Source of the DNA: a virus
Length of the DNA stretch: 64,000 nt
Virus record (IMG/VR): IMGVR_UViG_3300045988_169405
Strand: one strand, 5' to 3'
Below are positions 9,519 to 19,803 of this stretch, in pieces. Position 1 is the stretch's first letter, and every line of letters starts with the position of its first letter. The position numbers were made by a program, and so were the translations under genes. The notes beneath the pieces were generated by a model, which saw only the letters and a list, made by a program, of their open reading frames with translations, searched no databases and was not told the DNA's origin.

Positions 9519-9540
9519 ATAAAGAATTTAGTAAAGTAAA

Positions 9541-9575
9541 ACCCCCTAGAGGAAATACCACTAGGGGGTTCTACT
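9541..9575 (-). terminator. hairpin CCCCCTAG...CTAGGGGG
   Basis: inverted repeat after the pspA stop. Confidence 0.5.
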
Positions 9576-9590
9576 TAGTGAGTCACACTA

Positions 9591-10364
9591 CTACTTCTTG
9601 TTGTTTGCCTTCAGCTTTGCAAGCTCATCATCCAGGGCGGAATCAACAGCCAGAGAGTCCAGCTCATCGAAGCCGTCCTTTACCGGGTCAGCCATAATCT
9701 CCTGACGACCCTGAAGACGTGCCTCCTCACGGGCGATACGCTCTTCCCACTCATTCATAGGCGAGCTCAGGTTAGTACCATTGACGTTGATACTCTCAGT
9801 AGCGTCAAGGATACGACCCATAGCCTCATTCGTCTTATGACGTGCCAGAAGCTCATCACGCTGGTGGTGAGCCGCCGCCAGCTTCTCACGTGCATCATTC
9901 AGCTGACCCTTCAGAGAATCAACACGCGGGGTAGCAACCTTAATCTGCTCCTCAAGCTTCTCAGCAGTCTTCTCAGCGTTAGTACGGTTCTTCAGGGCGA
10001 TACGTGCCAGACCGTCAAACTTATCAGCCTGAGCCTCAGCCTTGGTACGTGCCGGGTCACCAACCTCAAGCTTCTCAGCCTGAGCACGGAACTCATCAGC
10101 CTTATCAGAAGCCGCCTGAGCCTTAACCTGCCACTCCTGAACCTTGCCCTGTTCCTTCTTATGGTCAGACTCCATGATGCGCAGGTTGCCGATAACCTCA
10201 GCAACATTACCCTCCGCTACACGAATCTCTTCCTTGTAGTCACGGATAAGCTGGTTCAGCATCTCCTGCGGGTCTTCCGCCTTATCAATTGCGGTGTTAA
10301 TCTTTGCGCGAATGAGGTTGTTGAAACGTGCAAAAATGCTGTTCTTGTTCTGGTTCTTACCCAT
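9591..10364 (-). CDS. pspA: PspA/IM30 (phage shock protein A / Vipp1 / LiaH) family coiled-coil protein
   Basis: the N-terminus MGKNQNKNSIFARFNNLIRAKINTAIDKAEDPQEMLNQLIRDYKEEI matches the PspA N-terminal helix (MGIFSRF..INALLEKAEDPQK); ~255 aa coiled coil; start chosen at the ATG preceded by GAAAGG. Confidence 0.75.
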   Translation of the reverse strand: MGKNQNKNSIFARFNNLIRAKINTAIDKAEDPQEMLNQLIRDYKEEIRVAEGNVAEVIGNLRIMESDHKKEQGKVQEWQVKAQAASDKADEFRAQAEKLEVGDPARTKAEAQADKFDGLARIALKNRTNAEKTAEKLEEQIKVATPRVDSLKGQLNDAREKLAAAHHQRDELLARHKTNEAMGRILDATESINVNGTNLSSPMNEWEERIAREEARLQGRQEIMADPVKDGFDELDSLAVDSALDDELAKLKANNKK

Positions 10365-10625
10365 TGTGGGTTTACCTAACCTTTCGTTGGTTAATGTTGT
10401 GGAACATGATTCACGGTCGCCCATCCTGTAGGGCTTCCTGTCTTTCGTGTGACCTTTTAGGGGTCATACTCAGAATATCAGGTTCCGGGGTTAAAATCTA
10501 GTGTATTACTGTATCGTCACCGACTGTTCACCTGTTGGAGCCAACCCTGCATACAAGGGGAAGGTGCTTCTTGTCTAGGGTAAATACCTAGCCAAGTTGC
10601 GAAATACATTCACTATAAGTCTTCC

Positions 10626-10756
10626 TTATGCGGGGCGGGTCGGGTATCACTACCCGGCGGTGACCATCAAGCTAACCAAGCGGCTAACTGTATAGGCCTT
10701 GACAGTACCCGTAAAGGGCAATGTCCGTTTAACCTCTCCCGTCTCTCACAGGCGAG
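10626..10756. repeat. copy A of a ~130-bp duplicated structured element (hairpin CGGGTA-tcac-TACCCG, then GGTGACCATCAAGCT...CAATGTCCGTTTAACCTCTCCCGTCTCTCACAGGCGAGG)
   Basis: aligned by eye to copy B. Confidence 0.6.
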
Positions 10757-10823
10757 GTGTTGTACCGATTATATCATATTTTCTGTCCGGTAGCACCTAT
10801 TGGCGCTCTTACCTTGTTCAGGT

Positions 10824-11234
10824 TTATGCATTGGGTGCCTTGATGTATCGACCTGTGAGGCGGATGTGAAGCGCCAAGTTCAGTAGGTGCGAAACCATGA
10901 GCACGGTGTTGTCTGTAATGTTAGCACCTGCAAGAGCTTTGGATACCGCAAAGACGGAGGCGATAACACATGCCACCTCGAAGGCGATAGTGAAAGCGAA
11001 AATTATTGCCGCTGGGACGCGGTGATGCTTAAAAAGGTATGTCCGCCAAAGCTGAACAGCAAAGGTGTACCCAAAAGCGCTACCGATAGCTCTACAGGCG
11101 GTAGGGATGAAGATTGCCGAGGTTAGCACTAGAAGCCAGTGCATGACCTGTTCGGGGTGACTCCACATTTCCATATATGGGGGGTTCCTGTCTGATAGGT
11201 AAGGGGGGGGTGGTAGCTTGGGTTGTGCTACCAC
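10824..11234 (-). CDS. small membrane protein
   Basis: 3-4 hydrophobic helices. Confidence 0.5.
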   Translation of the reverse strand: MVAQPKLPPPPYLSDRNPPYMEMWSHPEQVMHWLLVLTSAIFIPTACRAIGSAFGYTFAVQLWRTYLFKHHRVPAAIIFAFTIAFEVACVIASVFAVSKALAGANITDNTVLMVSHLLNLALHIRLTGRYIKAPNA

Positions 11235-11258
11235 CCCCTAGCATGTTTAGTGAATCGT

Positions 11259-11828
11259 TTAGTTGTTTACGTCTCGAACGTTCACCTTGAACTCACCCTT
11301 TACGTTTACGCCGTCCTTGGGTGCAACGATGGTGATTTCACCGTTACGGTACTGTTCCTTAGTGCCGATAGCGTAGGCATAATCTACGTCTTCAACAATG
11401 ATACGCACCTTGGAGCGGGGTACGGTGTTGCTGTACAGTTCGCCTTCCTGGGTTCGCAGGGTGTAGTTTAGGTACACTTCGTAGCTAGTGTTCAGGGTGC
11501 CGTCCTGTGCCGAGCCACCGCCCACATCAGCGGTGAGCTTTCCAATCCTATTGCCAGATTGCGTATCAGTATCACTGTTGCGGTGGGGGTGCTCTTCACC
11601 AGTAAGGTGCTGACGGGTTGTAAGGTTAGCGTTGATGACCACAGCTTCCTTAGCCTTCTCAGTAGGTTCAGGGCTAGGGGTTGCACTGGTGGTAGCGGTT
11701 GCCGTTGCGGTAGTGGTTTCTTCTACCTTGTTTGCAGTATTGGTACTGGAACAGCCGGTGAGCGCGATAGCACCGATAAGAGCGGCGGCGGTCAGCTTGG
11801 AGAGCTTCATTGTTTGGGTTCCTTTCAA
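11259..11828 (-). CDS. lipoprotein (signal peptide + lipobox LTGC, T/A-rich linker)
   Basis: MKLSKLTAAALIGAIALTGCSS. Confidence 0.6.
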   Translation of the reverse strand: MKGTQTMKLSKLTAAALIGAIALTGCSSTNTANKVEETTTATATATTSATPSPEPTEKAKEAVVINANLTTRQHLTGEEHPHRNSDTDTQSGNRIGKLTADVGGGSAQDGTLNTSYEVYLNYTLRTQEGELYSNTVPRSKVRIIVEDVDYAYAIGTKEQYRNGEITIVAPKDGVNVKGEFKVNVRDVNN

Positions 11829-11856
11829 GGGGTAAGGGTTGTTATTGCTAACAGGT

Positions 11857-12108
11857 TTAGCGGGTCTGCATGGAAATGCAGGGGGTGTCTACGAACGCTT
11901 CCAGGGCGCGCTTAGGGTTTCCAGCGTCAGCGGTACGGTCAAGGTAGATAGGGTATTCCTTTACGCCGCGTGCATGGTATGCGAAAGTGCCAGGGCGCAA
12001 CTTCCAATCCTTATTATAGGTGATGATACCTACGCGCTCGTGGTTACCGTTCATGATTCGGTAAGTATCGTTTTGCACCTTCACCAAGTGGAGACCCTTG
12101 TATGCCAT
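11857..12108 (-). CDS. hypothetical protein (83 aa)
   Basis: ORF. Confidence 0.5.
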   Translation of the reverse strand: MAYKGLHLVKVQNDTYRIMNGNHERVGIITYNKDWKLRPGTFAYHARGVKEYPIYLDRTADAGNPKRALEAFVDTPCISMQTR

Positions 12109-12207
12109 TGTAACGCTTCCTTTCCGCTCTGATTAGTGGTTAGTGGTATTTGCCCCGCTAGGCGCTTAGGTGAGCACCTAGTGGGGGTTTAGGGGGCACT
12201 ATAGGGC

Positions 12208-12462
12208 TTAGTAACCCTCTTCGTCTTCATCGTATTCATAAGAACCCATGCCGTGATTTACGCAATAGGCACCCAGGGTGGCGAGCAGGTGGTCATAATT
12301 GCCACTCATGGCTTCATTGATTACCATGTCAATGTCAGCCTTATCCCAGCCGTCACGTCGAGCCTGCTGTGCGAAGCCGCCCATAAGGTTGAAGGCGTTA
12401 CCGTCCTGACCAATCATCTTGTAATTGACCTCGCAAACGGGGGTGAAATTCTCAAGAGCCAT
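12208..12462 (-). CDS. hypothetical acidic protein (84 aa)
   Basis: ORF; promoter module 12555-12612. Confidence 0.55.
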   Translation of the reverse strand: MALENFTPVCEVNYKMIGQDGNAFNLMGGFAQQARRDGWDKADIDMVINEAMSGNYDHLLATLGAYCVNHGMGSYEYDEDEEGY

Positions 12463-12554
12463 TTGGTATACTTCCTCTCTAGAAGTAGTAGTAGATATAA
12501 GGTCTAGCCATGTTTAGCTAGTACCTTTGAGGTTTCCCTCTTGCTTATGTAACC

Positions 12555-12612
12555 ATTATGGCACACTCTAAACCCCTATGCAAGCCGAAATCAAGTGAAA
12601 TAGCTCACATAG
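12555..12612 (-). promoter_or_regulatory. conserved promoter module (TTGCAT-N17-CATAAT; AGTGAAATAGCTCACA)
   Basis: copy 4. Confidence 0.6.
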
Positions 12613-12690
12613 GGGTTTATAGGGGTAAAGTGCCTTATAAATAGGGCTTCTTCTTACTCTACTTCTTCAAGAAAGCACCAAAGAACACGC

Positions 12691-13761
12691 CTATGAGATA
12701 GGTGTCAGTAGAGTATCTACAGCACGGACAATATTGCGCCCATAGTAACTATGCCGCATGTCTTCACTAATAGGAACATTGCCATGCGCTACCGTGGGCT
12801 CAATCTTTTCACCCAAATAGACAGGTGGGGCAATTCGGATAGCACACACCGTAGAAGTAGGTGCACCCGTGACATACGGTTGCTTGTTCTTACCGGCGGA
12901 AAGTGCATACACTTCATTATTAGGGGTAGTGACATAAGCGAAAGATGCTTCACTGAAACTCAAACAAAGCTTGTCCAACAAATAGGTGGATACTGCCGCA
13001 CTGCAATCTGCGTAACCATGAGGATAGCCCATATCATTATCAGTATCCGACCCAGCAGATGCAATAATAGATTCAAGAATGGTTCGATAATTCAAGTCAT
13101 GTGAGACAATCACCTTATACCCAACCATTGCCCCATACTGATTAACAAGCGCATAAGCACCACAATCACTATAGGGCGGCATCTTAGCCACGAGCCTGCC
13201 GGTTTCCACCTCTGAATCCGCGTTAGTCATAAAGTACCCCTTCGGGTCTTCGCCTTCACCATGAGGAAGTACAGCCATAGCCACATCACGCACAGTTTCC
13301 GAAAGAGCATGACCTACAGTAGTTTCACTAAGATGCCGACCACCTGAGCGTGCATAACTATACCCATGCTCACCACTCCTTAGATGCTTCGGCAAGTCAC
13401 TCAATCGGGTAGTGGTATTGAAAATACTGTATTCCTCAGCGGTATAAACGGCAACAGACTTGGCGGTTACGATACTGTAATACTTACCTTGCGGGTCTGC
13501 AACTGCTGTAACAGTGAGAGTGAATACATTGCCTTCATTGTCGATAATGTACCGCTTAGAAGTATTAGTTGGTGCTTCACTACCCGCCGGGTCATCAACG
13601 CTAACCCAGGTAAGAGGTTGCGGTGGCTTATACCCGGCGGGCGGTTCAGCCGTGATAGTCGCGATAGTTGTAGTCATCTCAGAGGTCAAGAGATTATCCA
13701 ACAGAAGCTTGAGTACTTCCTCAATAGTGACCTTGTTTTCAATATGTACAGATGCGTACAT
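12691..13761 (-). CDS. hypothetical protein (356 aa)
   Basis: ORF. Confidence 0.6.
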   Translation of the reverse strand: MYASVHIENKVTIEEVLKLLLDNLLTSEMTTTIATITAEPPAGYKPPQPLTWVSVDDPAGSEAPTNTSKRYIIDNEGNVFTLTVTAVADPQGKYYSIVTAKSVAVYTAEEYSIFNTTTRLSDLPKHLRSGEHGYSYARSGGRHLSETTVGHALSETVRDVAMAVLPHGEGEDPKGYFMTNADSEVETGRLVAKMPPYSDCGAYALVNQYGAMVGYKVIVSHDLNYRTILESIIASAGSDTDNDMGYPHGYADCSAAVSTYLLDKLCLSFSEASFAYVTTPNNEVYALSAGKNKQPYVTGAPTSTVCAIRIAPPVYLGEKIEPTVAHGNVPISEDMRHSYYGRNIVRAVDTLLTPIS

Positions 13762-13859
13762 GGCATCTCCAAAAGGGGTAGGGGTCTATAGGTTGTAAAA
13801 TAGAGTGCATGAGGGGCTACTAATTCACCCGTCATGCACTCTATCCTATCATATCCTAT

Positions 13860-14990
13860 TTACTTACGGTGCTTACCGCGAGTCAGGAAAGCATTAGAAA
13901 CAATCTTGAAGTGGGCACGGTTAGCAATTTCACGGCGGGGCTTACCGTCCTTGAAGTACCAGACGATGCCTTCGGCGGTCTGACCGGGCGCTACCTGAGA
14001 CTCTACAGAGTCAGCCTGCTCAAGGGCGGCAAAGCCGTTACCTACCCATTCAATGTCGAGTACGGGTACCCAGAGGTTCGCGTCCTTGAATAGTGCTTCG
14101 ACAGTATCGTTAGATGCGTGGAAGGCGCGGAAATCGGGCTGGTCGCCGGTAGCAAACTTGAAGGTACCCCTAATCTTGTTGCAGAAAAGTTCACCCTGTA
14201 CCCATTCACCCGGCTTGAGCTGGTCAAAAACATGGGCGTAGCGGCGGTAACCGTCAAGGTACTGCTTCCAATTCTTGCTATCCATTGCGTCTACCTTAAT
14301 GGAGCGGTCACGGTTAGCGATACGAATTTCACCGGTATCAGCATCACGCCAAACAGTCATAGAGGTGCCGTCAATCTTCTCAGTAGCATACACGTCATCT
14401 GCGGTGATGCTATCCAGGAAGTCGGTAGGGATATTCTGGACGCGCTCAGCGTCAGTCTTGGTGATGAAGTTAGGGAACGCTTCTAGACCGTAGTCACCAC
14501 CGGCAAGAATCTTCTCCTCGACATGCTTAGTGATGATGCCGTCGAAGTAGGTGTCCACCTCTTCTTGAGTAGCATCTTCACTCAAGCCTTCAAACTCAGA
14601 GACGGGCAAGATAAGACCCTGCGACAGGGTTTCACGCAGGTACATGGTGCGCAGTACTACGCCTTCAATATAGTGTCCATTGACAACGCGGGTCGCCTTC
14701 TTGCCACGGATAGGCTCAAACGCCGGGTGCTTGGTGTTGAGGATTGAGTCAATCTCAAAGTAAACACCCTTATCGCCTTCGGTCATGGTCTTGGGCGCTA
14801 CAACCCACCACAGGGTGCCTTCGGGTCGGACGGCGTGAATCTTATCTGCCGGGTTGTTACATTCCTTTACTTCTTCAATGGTGGTAATGTGTGCGAGGTG
14901 TCGGATACCGTCTACGGCGGTAGAAGTCATGATGTTTATGTTCCTTATCTTTCGGATATGCTGGGTTCCCCGTATGGTGAATAATACCAT
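13860..14990 (-). CDS. ATP-dependent RNA ligase-like covalent nucleotidyltransferase (Rnl family; N-terminal domain + NTase)
   Basis: motif I TEKIDGTS (KxDG), motif IV AEGIVWYFKDGK (EGhVhK), motif V HFKIVS; likely start at MTSTAVDG (14930). Confidence 0.5.
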   Translation of the reverse strand: MVLFTIRGTQHIRKIRNINIMTSTAVDGIRHLAHITTIEEVKECNNPADKIHAVRPEGTLWWVVAPKTMTEGDKGVYFEIDSILNTKHPAFEPIRGKKATRVVNGHYIEGVVLRTMYLRETLSQGLILPVSEFEGLSEDATQEEVDTYFDGIITKHVEEKILAGGDYGLEAFPNFITKTDAERVQNIPTDFLDSITADDVYATEKIDGTSMTVWRDADTGEIRIANRDRSIKVDAMDSKNWKQYLDGYRRYAHVFDQLKPGEWVQGELFCNKIRGTFKFATGDQPDFRAFHASNDTVEALFKDANLWVPVLDIEWVGNGFAALEQADSVESQVAPGQTAEGIVWYFKDGKPRREIANRAHFKIVSNAFLTRGKHRK

Positions 14991-15015
14991 ACGGGGAGAG
15001 GGTAAGGGCTAGGGG

Positions 15016-15342
15016 TTAGTTCATTTCAATCCTATTGTCTTTGAGGGTCAGAATACCGTCTTCAAAGTCTACCTCGCCAATATCATCAACGTTTACGCGA
15101 ATAATCTTCAGGAGAGCAAAGAAGTCGGGGTCAAAAGTCGTAAGGTCGATAGTAAATCGGGATTCCTCTACAGCCGCCACAATGTGCGCACCGAGAGTAC
15201 CATCTTCTTCCACGTGGGTATCAATGGCGATTGCCTCGGGGACAAAGCCATCAAACATGAGGTCGGAAAGCTCATCGGGGGTTTCAAAAGAGAACGAGAT
15301 ACCTTCCCATGCGATAGCGGGTACCTGAAGTTCGATAGTCAT
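15016..15342 (-). CDS. hypothetical acidic protein (108 aa)
   Basis: ORF; promoter module 15425-15480. Confidence 0.55.
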   Translation of the reverse strand: MTIELQVPAIAWEGISFSFETPDELSDLMFDGFVPEAIAIDTHVEEDGTLGAHIVAAVEESRFTIDLTTFDPDFFALLKIIRVNVDDIGEVDFEDGILTLKDNRIEMN

Positions 15343-15424
15343 TGGGTGCTTCCTTTCGGGGAGTCTACTGTAGCGGGCTTAGGCGCCTTGTGGAAGTTGT
15401 CTATCACTTCCTCGCTACATTTCT

Positions 15425-15480
15425 ATTATGGCACACCCTAACCGGGTATGCAACTCGAAATCATGTGAAATAGGTCACAC
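15425..15480 (-). promoter_or_regulatory. conserved promoter module (TGTGACCTATTTCACA; TTGCAT-N17-CATAAT)
   Basis: copy 5. Confidence 0.6.
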
Positions 15481-15499
15481 GCATAATAAAGGTACAGGA

Positions 15500-15535
15500 A
15501 GGCCCCTAGCGCACACAATCACACTAGGGGCTTCT
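15500..15535 (-). terminator. hairpin GCCCCTAG...CTAGGGGC
   Basis: inverted repeat. Confidence 0.45.
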
Positions 15536-15549
15536 TAGTTACATATGGT

Positions 15550-16143
15550 CTACCAGTTAGAAGCAAACGCAGGCAACTCACGGGCAACACTCTCAAAATC
15601 CGTACCAACAAAAGAGCCAGCACCATTCATCTTAGTATCGCCTTCCACCTTCTTATTCATAAGGCGAACAGAACCATACACCCACGCCGTATCACACACA
15701 GTACAGGAACCATCTAGACGGGATTCACCGAACACCTGCGCCTTATCGTAAACCCATGACGTGCCACCAACCCAGGTGCGCCCGTGTACCTTAGCTTCAC
15801 CATAGATGAGAGGCGAACCGTACACGAAAGCGTTACCGTACACCTGTGCCTGCTGTGCTACCTGTGCATCATCTTTAACAACAGCTGAACTATACACGAT
15901 AGCGTCATCATGAACCCAAGCGCCGTCGCCCTGCGACAGGTTGCCGATTCCTTGAATCCAGCCACCTAGAGCACCCTTCGGGGCGATAAGCTTACCGTCG
16001 CTAGTGTACACGTCTTCCAATGCGCGGATACGGTGGACAGTCACCCCGTTATCGAGTTGCTTGCTAATATCTGTTACTTCATACTTCTTACTTGCTTTAC
16101 TAGTCATAATAATTACTGTAATCTTTCTGTAAAGTAGTACCAA
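15550..16143 (-). CDS. beta-helix repeat protein (VYGxAxV repeats); paralog of 39293-40345 and of the C-terminus of 26988-28313
   Basis: repeats VYGNAFVYGSPLIYGEAKVHGRTWVGG; shares the HRIRAL/YRIKAL motif with 39293. Confidence 0.5.
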   Translation of the reverse strand: MVLLYRKITVIIMTSKASKKYEVTDISKQLDNGVTVHRIRALEDVYTSDGKLIAPKGALGGWIQGIGNLSQGDGAWVHDDAIVYSSAVVKDDAQVAQQAQVYGNAFVYGSPLIYGEAKVHGRTWVGGTSWVYDKAQVFGESRLDGSCTVCDTAWVYGSVRLMNKKVEGDTKMNGAGSFVGTDFESVARELPAFASNW

Positions 16144-16232
16144 TTTTAGATATTCCCCTGGGGTTTTATCTTACATTGGTACTACTTTTACCATCTTTCA
16201 TCTTTAGTGTTACGCCATAGAGCCTAAAATGA

Positions 16233-16760
16233 CTACTTGAGCATAACAACACTTTGGAACACCCGCTCCACCCCATGTGGACAGTGAGGGCGATAGAAGC
16301 TTGCCCCTAGTATCCTACTTGTAAAACTGGGCTTGAGTGTACTGCGGAGTTCGCCTGCAATGAGAGTTGCATCATAGTTGTAGACATAGTATGACCGCTG
16401 TTCCGTGTCTTCTACTACGGTGTAGCCACTGGATGCATGTATTGTGACGTGCACAACCGCGATAATATCTCCGTAGGCTTTCAAGCCTTCACGAACACGC
16501 CAGTTTCCGCTCCAGAGTGTCTTGAGTGTGACTGTCGGCTCTGAGGCCTGAGAGTTCCATGTGATGCGTGAAACTTCGGCACCCTTTAGCCGCACCTCTT
16601 GACGGGTGTGTGGCGAAAGCTTGTAGCGACCATTTTTGATAGCCTGTACTGCCCGTTGCCAAAAGTAAGCGTGCTGTTGCTCGGACATGCTGTGAATGTC
16701 GCCGCCGCGTGGAGAGAAATTTGATTCCATTGTCATGGAGCCTTTCATAGATAGAACCAC
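16233..16760 (-). CDS. hypothetical protein (175 aa)
   Basis: ORF. Confidence 0.55.
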   Translation of the reverse strand: MVLSMKGSMTMESNFSPRGGDIHSMSEQQHAYFWQRAVQAIKNGRYKLSPHTRQEVRLKGAEVSRITWNSQASEPTVTLKTLWSGNWRVREGLKAYGDIIAVVHVTIHASSGYTVVEDTEQRSYYVYNYDATLIAGELRSTLKPSFTSRILGASFYRPHCPHGVERVFQSVVMLK

Positions 16761-16790
16761 CCCGCATAGGCGGGTGGAATGGTTGCAATA

Positions 16791-18074
16791 TTAGCCGCCA
16801 GAGGTGCCACCGCCAGACTTGGAACCGCCACCAAAGCCACCCTTAGAGCCACCGCTAGAGGAACCACCAGACTTGGAGCCACCACCGGACGAAGAGCCAG
16901 AACCGCTATTGCTACCGCCACTCTTAGAGCCAGAGTTAGAGTTGCTACCGTTATTGGAGGAGCCACTGTTGCTACCGGACTTGCTATCACTCTTGGAGTT
17001 ATTAGAAGAGCCGTTACTGTTGCCGTTGGAGCCGCTACCGTTATTGTTCTTGTTAGCGTTATTGTTGTCGTTGTTCGGCTTGTTGTTATTGGTATCCTTA
17101 CCAGCGTTGTTATTATTACCGGTATTGCTGTTGTTGCCTGACTTGTTAGCGGCTACAGCACCTGCCGCCGCTCCAGCCGCCGCACCTGCACCTGCCGCCG
17201 CCGCCGCGTTACCACCATTATTGTTACTGGTGCCACTATTACCGCTAGAAGAGCTGTTGCTACCGTTAGAGGTACCGGAATTAGACTTAGTGCCGTTACT
17301 AGAGTTCGGCTTATAGTTGTAACGTTCAGTGGTGACTACCTTACCGTCCTTCACGCCCGCCTTAGCCTTAGCCGCACGGTAAGAATCAGCGAAAGAACCA
17401 CCGCTAGAGGGTACACCCTGATAGACGGTTCCCTTATTGGGCATACTAGTGCTACCGCCCTGCAAGGAAGAACCTACAGCGGGTACGTTACCGTTGTAGT
17501 GGCTGTTACTATAACCGTAGCCACCGCCGCCGTTATTGTTCTGACCCATCATGTATCCAATGTAGTACCAGATAAACATGCTGGTGCCACTATTACTACC
17601 GTGGGCATCACCACCGCCGCCGTTATTAATATTGATGTTAGTACCACCATTATTATTAGACGGGCTACTAGTAGGCGAAGCCGAAGGGGTAGTACTAGAA
17701 GACACGGACGGGGAAGCGCTCGCAGTTGCAGACTCAGACACGGAAGGCGACGGGGAAGGCGAAGCTGATTCGGTAGCTTCACAGCTAGTATCCTCAGCGC
17801 GGGTACCATCTTCAACCTTCTGGCATACACGGACATACTCAATGCCCTGCGTACTGAACGGAGTCTCACTAGGGGTAGGCTGAGTATTAGTCTCAGGGAC
17901 ACTACAGCCCGAGAGGATTAGAGCACCAGCACCAGCGGTAGCAATAGCCCTTAGAAGCCGGTTAGGGCGCGGGTTGTCGTCAATAGTGGGCGCGTCTTCA
18001 TTCCAGGCGTGCAGGGCGCTCTGTGCGACTTCCTGAATATCTGGAACGTTATTGTGAGATGAAGAGGTATTCAT
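16791..18074 (-). CDS. lipoprotein with a very long Ser/Gly/Asn-rich low-complexity region
   Basis: lipobox LSGC; ~300 aa of S/G/N repeats; imperfect DNA repeats 16800-17300. Confidence 0.55.
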   Translation of the reverse strand: MNTSSSHNNVPDIQEVAQSALHAWNEDAPTIDDNPRPNRLLRAIATAGAGALILSGCSVPETNTQPTPSETPFSTQGIEYVRVCQKVEDGTRAEDTSCEATESASPSPSPSVSESATASASPSVSSSTTPSASPTSSPSNNNGGTNININNGGGGDAHGSNSGTSMFIWYYIGYMMGQNNNGGGGYGYSNSHYNGNVPAVGSSLQGGSTSMPNKGTVYQGVPSSGGSFADSYRAAKAKAGVKDGKVVTTERYNYKPNSSNGTKSNSGTSNGSNSSSSGNSGTSNNNGGNAAAAAGAGAAAGAAAGAVAANKSGNNSNTGNNNNAGKDTNNNKPNNDNNNANKNNNGSGSNGNSNGSSNNSKSDSKSGSNSGSSNNGSNSNSGSKSGGSNSGSGSSSGGGSKSGGSSSGGSKGGFGGGSKSGGGTSGG

Positions 18075-18326
18075 GTATACATGGCTCCTTTAGATAAAAG
18101 ATAGGGGTGTACTAGTCACATAGTGCGACAATCTATGGAAATTATAACACACCCCCTTATCTACCGCTAATCACAGTAAATAAGGGGGTGCACCACATCT
18201 TATCCGCTACTCAGTATATCACTACTACAGGCGAAGTGCAAGATATTGAGTCCAGGTATTAGACACGAGGGCAAATAAAATGCTTTCAATACGCCACTTA
18301 CAGCAATACACCGAAAGCATGATAGG

Positions 18327-18914
18327 TTACTCGTTCACTATGGGTAGCATTGTCTCGGCACTACCAGCGGGAATATGAATAATGATGCGACTCTTCAAGA
18401 ATTGGGCATTAGATTCTTCCATATTGCCACGTACAGGGAATAGGTCGAATGGGTCATAGTAACTATTTAGAACACGTAGTTCCTTACCCGCTTCCAGGTC
18501 AGCACCCTTCACCTGGTACTCGACAATGTGTTCTATACGCGCTTCTTTATCGGTAGCTGGCAGGTCATCCTTGAGAGCTACCTCACACTCTGGCTTATTC
18601 CTTATGCGTGCAGTCTGAGTGACTAGGCTACCGTCTTTTTTACGTTCTATCCACCTGTATCGGGTGTAGGTAGCGTTAGTACGCAGATTGCTGATGGGAT
18701 AGGAGGTGTTGCCGCCTTCCAGCATGTTACCGTCAGCGTTGAGGTAATAGGTCACAGTGTGAGTGTAGAGTGCATTATCCATCTCTTCTTCACATGCCTT
18801 CTTACTCAGTTTACGCATTTCCATGATGGAGCATACTAGCGCTACTGTGCATATAAGCAAAATTATTATTAAGAACGCGCGGAAGACCGCATCGTCGAAG
18901 ATGTATTTATCCAT
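18327..18914 (-). CDS. membrane-anchored hypothetical protein
   Basis: N-terminal TM helix. Confidence 0.55.
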   Translation of the reverse strand: MDKYIFDDAVFRAFLIIILLICTVALVCSIMEMRKLSKKACEEEMDNALYTHTVTYYLNADGNMLEGGNTSYPISNLRTNATYTRYRWIERKKDGSLVTQTARIRNKPECEVALKDDLPATDKEARIEHIVEYQVKGADLEAGKELRVLNSYYDPFDLFPVRGNMEESNAQFLKSRIIIHIPAGSAETMLPIVNE

Positions 18915-18987
18915 AGGTAATCCTTACTTACTAGAGACGCAACCGGGTTACTCAATCACTAGGGGGTGCACCCTTTAGGTCTAGCGT

Positions 18988-19803
18988 TTAGTCACTGTAG
19001 TTATCTGATTCCGAGGGGGTAGTTGGCAACGAGTTTAGATACCTAAACGTTTCAACAACAGCTTCTAGCTCTTTGAGGTTATCCGCTGTAATAGGTGCCT
19101 TACCTGCATGTAGACCTGCACCCATATACACATAGAAGTCGCCGCGCCTAATCTTATAACAACTCACAGTGAACCTTGTTCCAGACGCACCCGTGAAACT
19201 AATGAGTGTATCATCCCAACCCCAATAGCCGTCTTCATCATCAATGAAAACATCATGGAAAAGACCGGGGTTAGTAGCTTCGAGTGCTTCAGTGAACTCT
19301 GTCTTCTCGAAACGGTTAGCCGGGTCACAGTGAACCCAAACCGAAACAGTATCTTCCGCTCCCTTATCACCATCATGGTACAGGTTATAGATTAGGTGGT
19401 CGCCACGGCTCCAACGTGATTTAAGGTAAGCATCAATATCTTCCCGCGTGATAGGGATACCCGACAGCTTAGCCGACTCCTCATGAAGGCGCGCCTTTTC
19501 CTGCTTCTCAGCCTCAATCTTTGCCCGTTCCTCAGCGGACATAGGCGGCAACTTCGTGTACATATCCTGTACCCTAGTTTTACCCCAGCCCATAGGCTTA
19601 CCCTCATGCAAGAGTTCCCAGAGGCTACGACCACCCCCCTGTTTCGTGGGGTGCTGTGTATTGGGCTCACGCAAATAAGTTACCTTAACCTCGACTATCC
19701 CATCATGCTCCCCTAGAACCTCAATATCCACCTTATCATTATTGGGGTGCGGCTCACTATTTGACTCTTCACCCTTTTTCTTCCAAAACATAAGCTTCCT
19801 CAA
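18988..19803 (-). CDS. hypothetical protein, tandem paralog of 19804-20352
   Basis: shared FHDV...SCYKI(R/H)RG C-terminal domain. Confidence 0.6.
   Translation of the reverse strand: MRKLMFWKKKGEESNSEPHPNNDKVDIEVLGEHDGIVEVKVTYLREPNTQHPTKQGGGRSLWELLHEGKPMGWGKTRVQDMYTKLPPMSAEERAKIEAEKQEKARLHEESAKLSGIPITREDIDAYLKSRWSRGDHLIYNLYHDGDKGAEDTVSVWVHCDPANRFEKTEFTEALEATNPGLFHDVFIDDEDGYWGWDDTLISFTGASGTRFTVSCYKIRRGDFYVYMGAGLHAGKAPITADNLKELEAVVETFRYLNSLPTTPSESDNYSD

Noticed and set aside
16804-17316. plus-strand P/L/E-rich ORF (and 16779-17141, 17499-17902)
   Set aside because: Artefacts of the S/G/N repeat DNA read antisense or out of frame.
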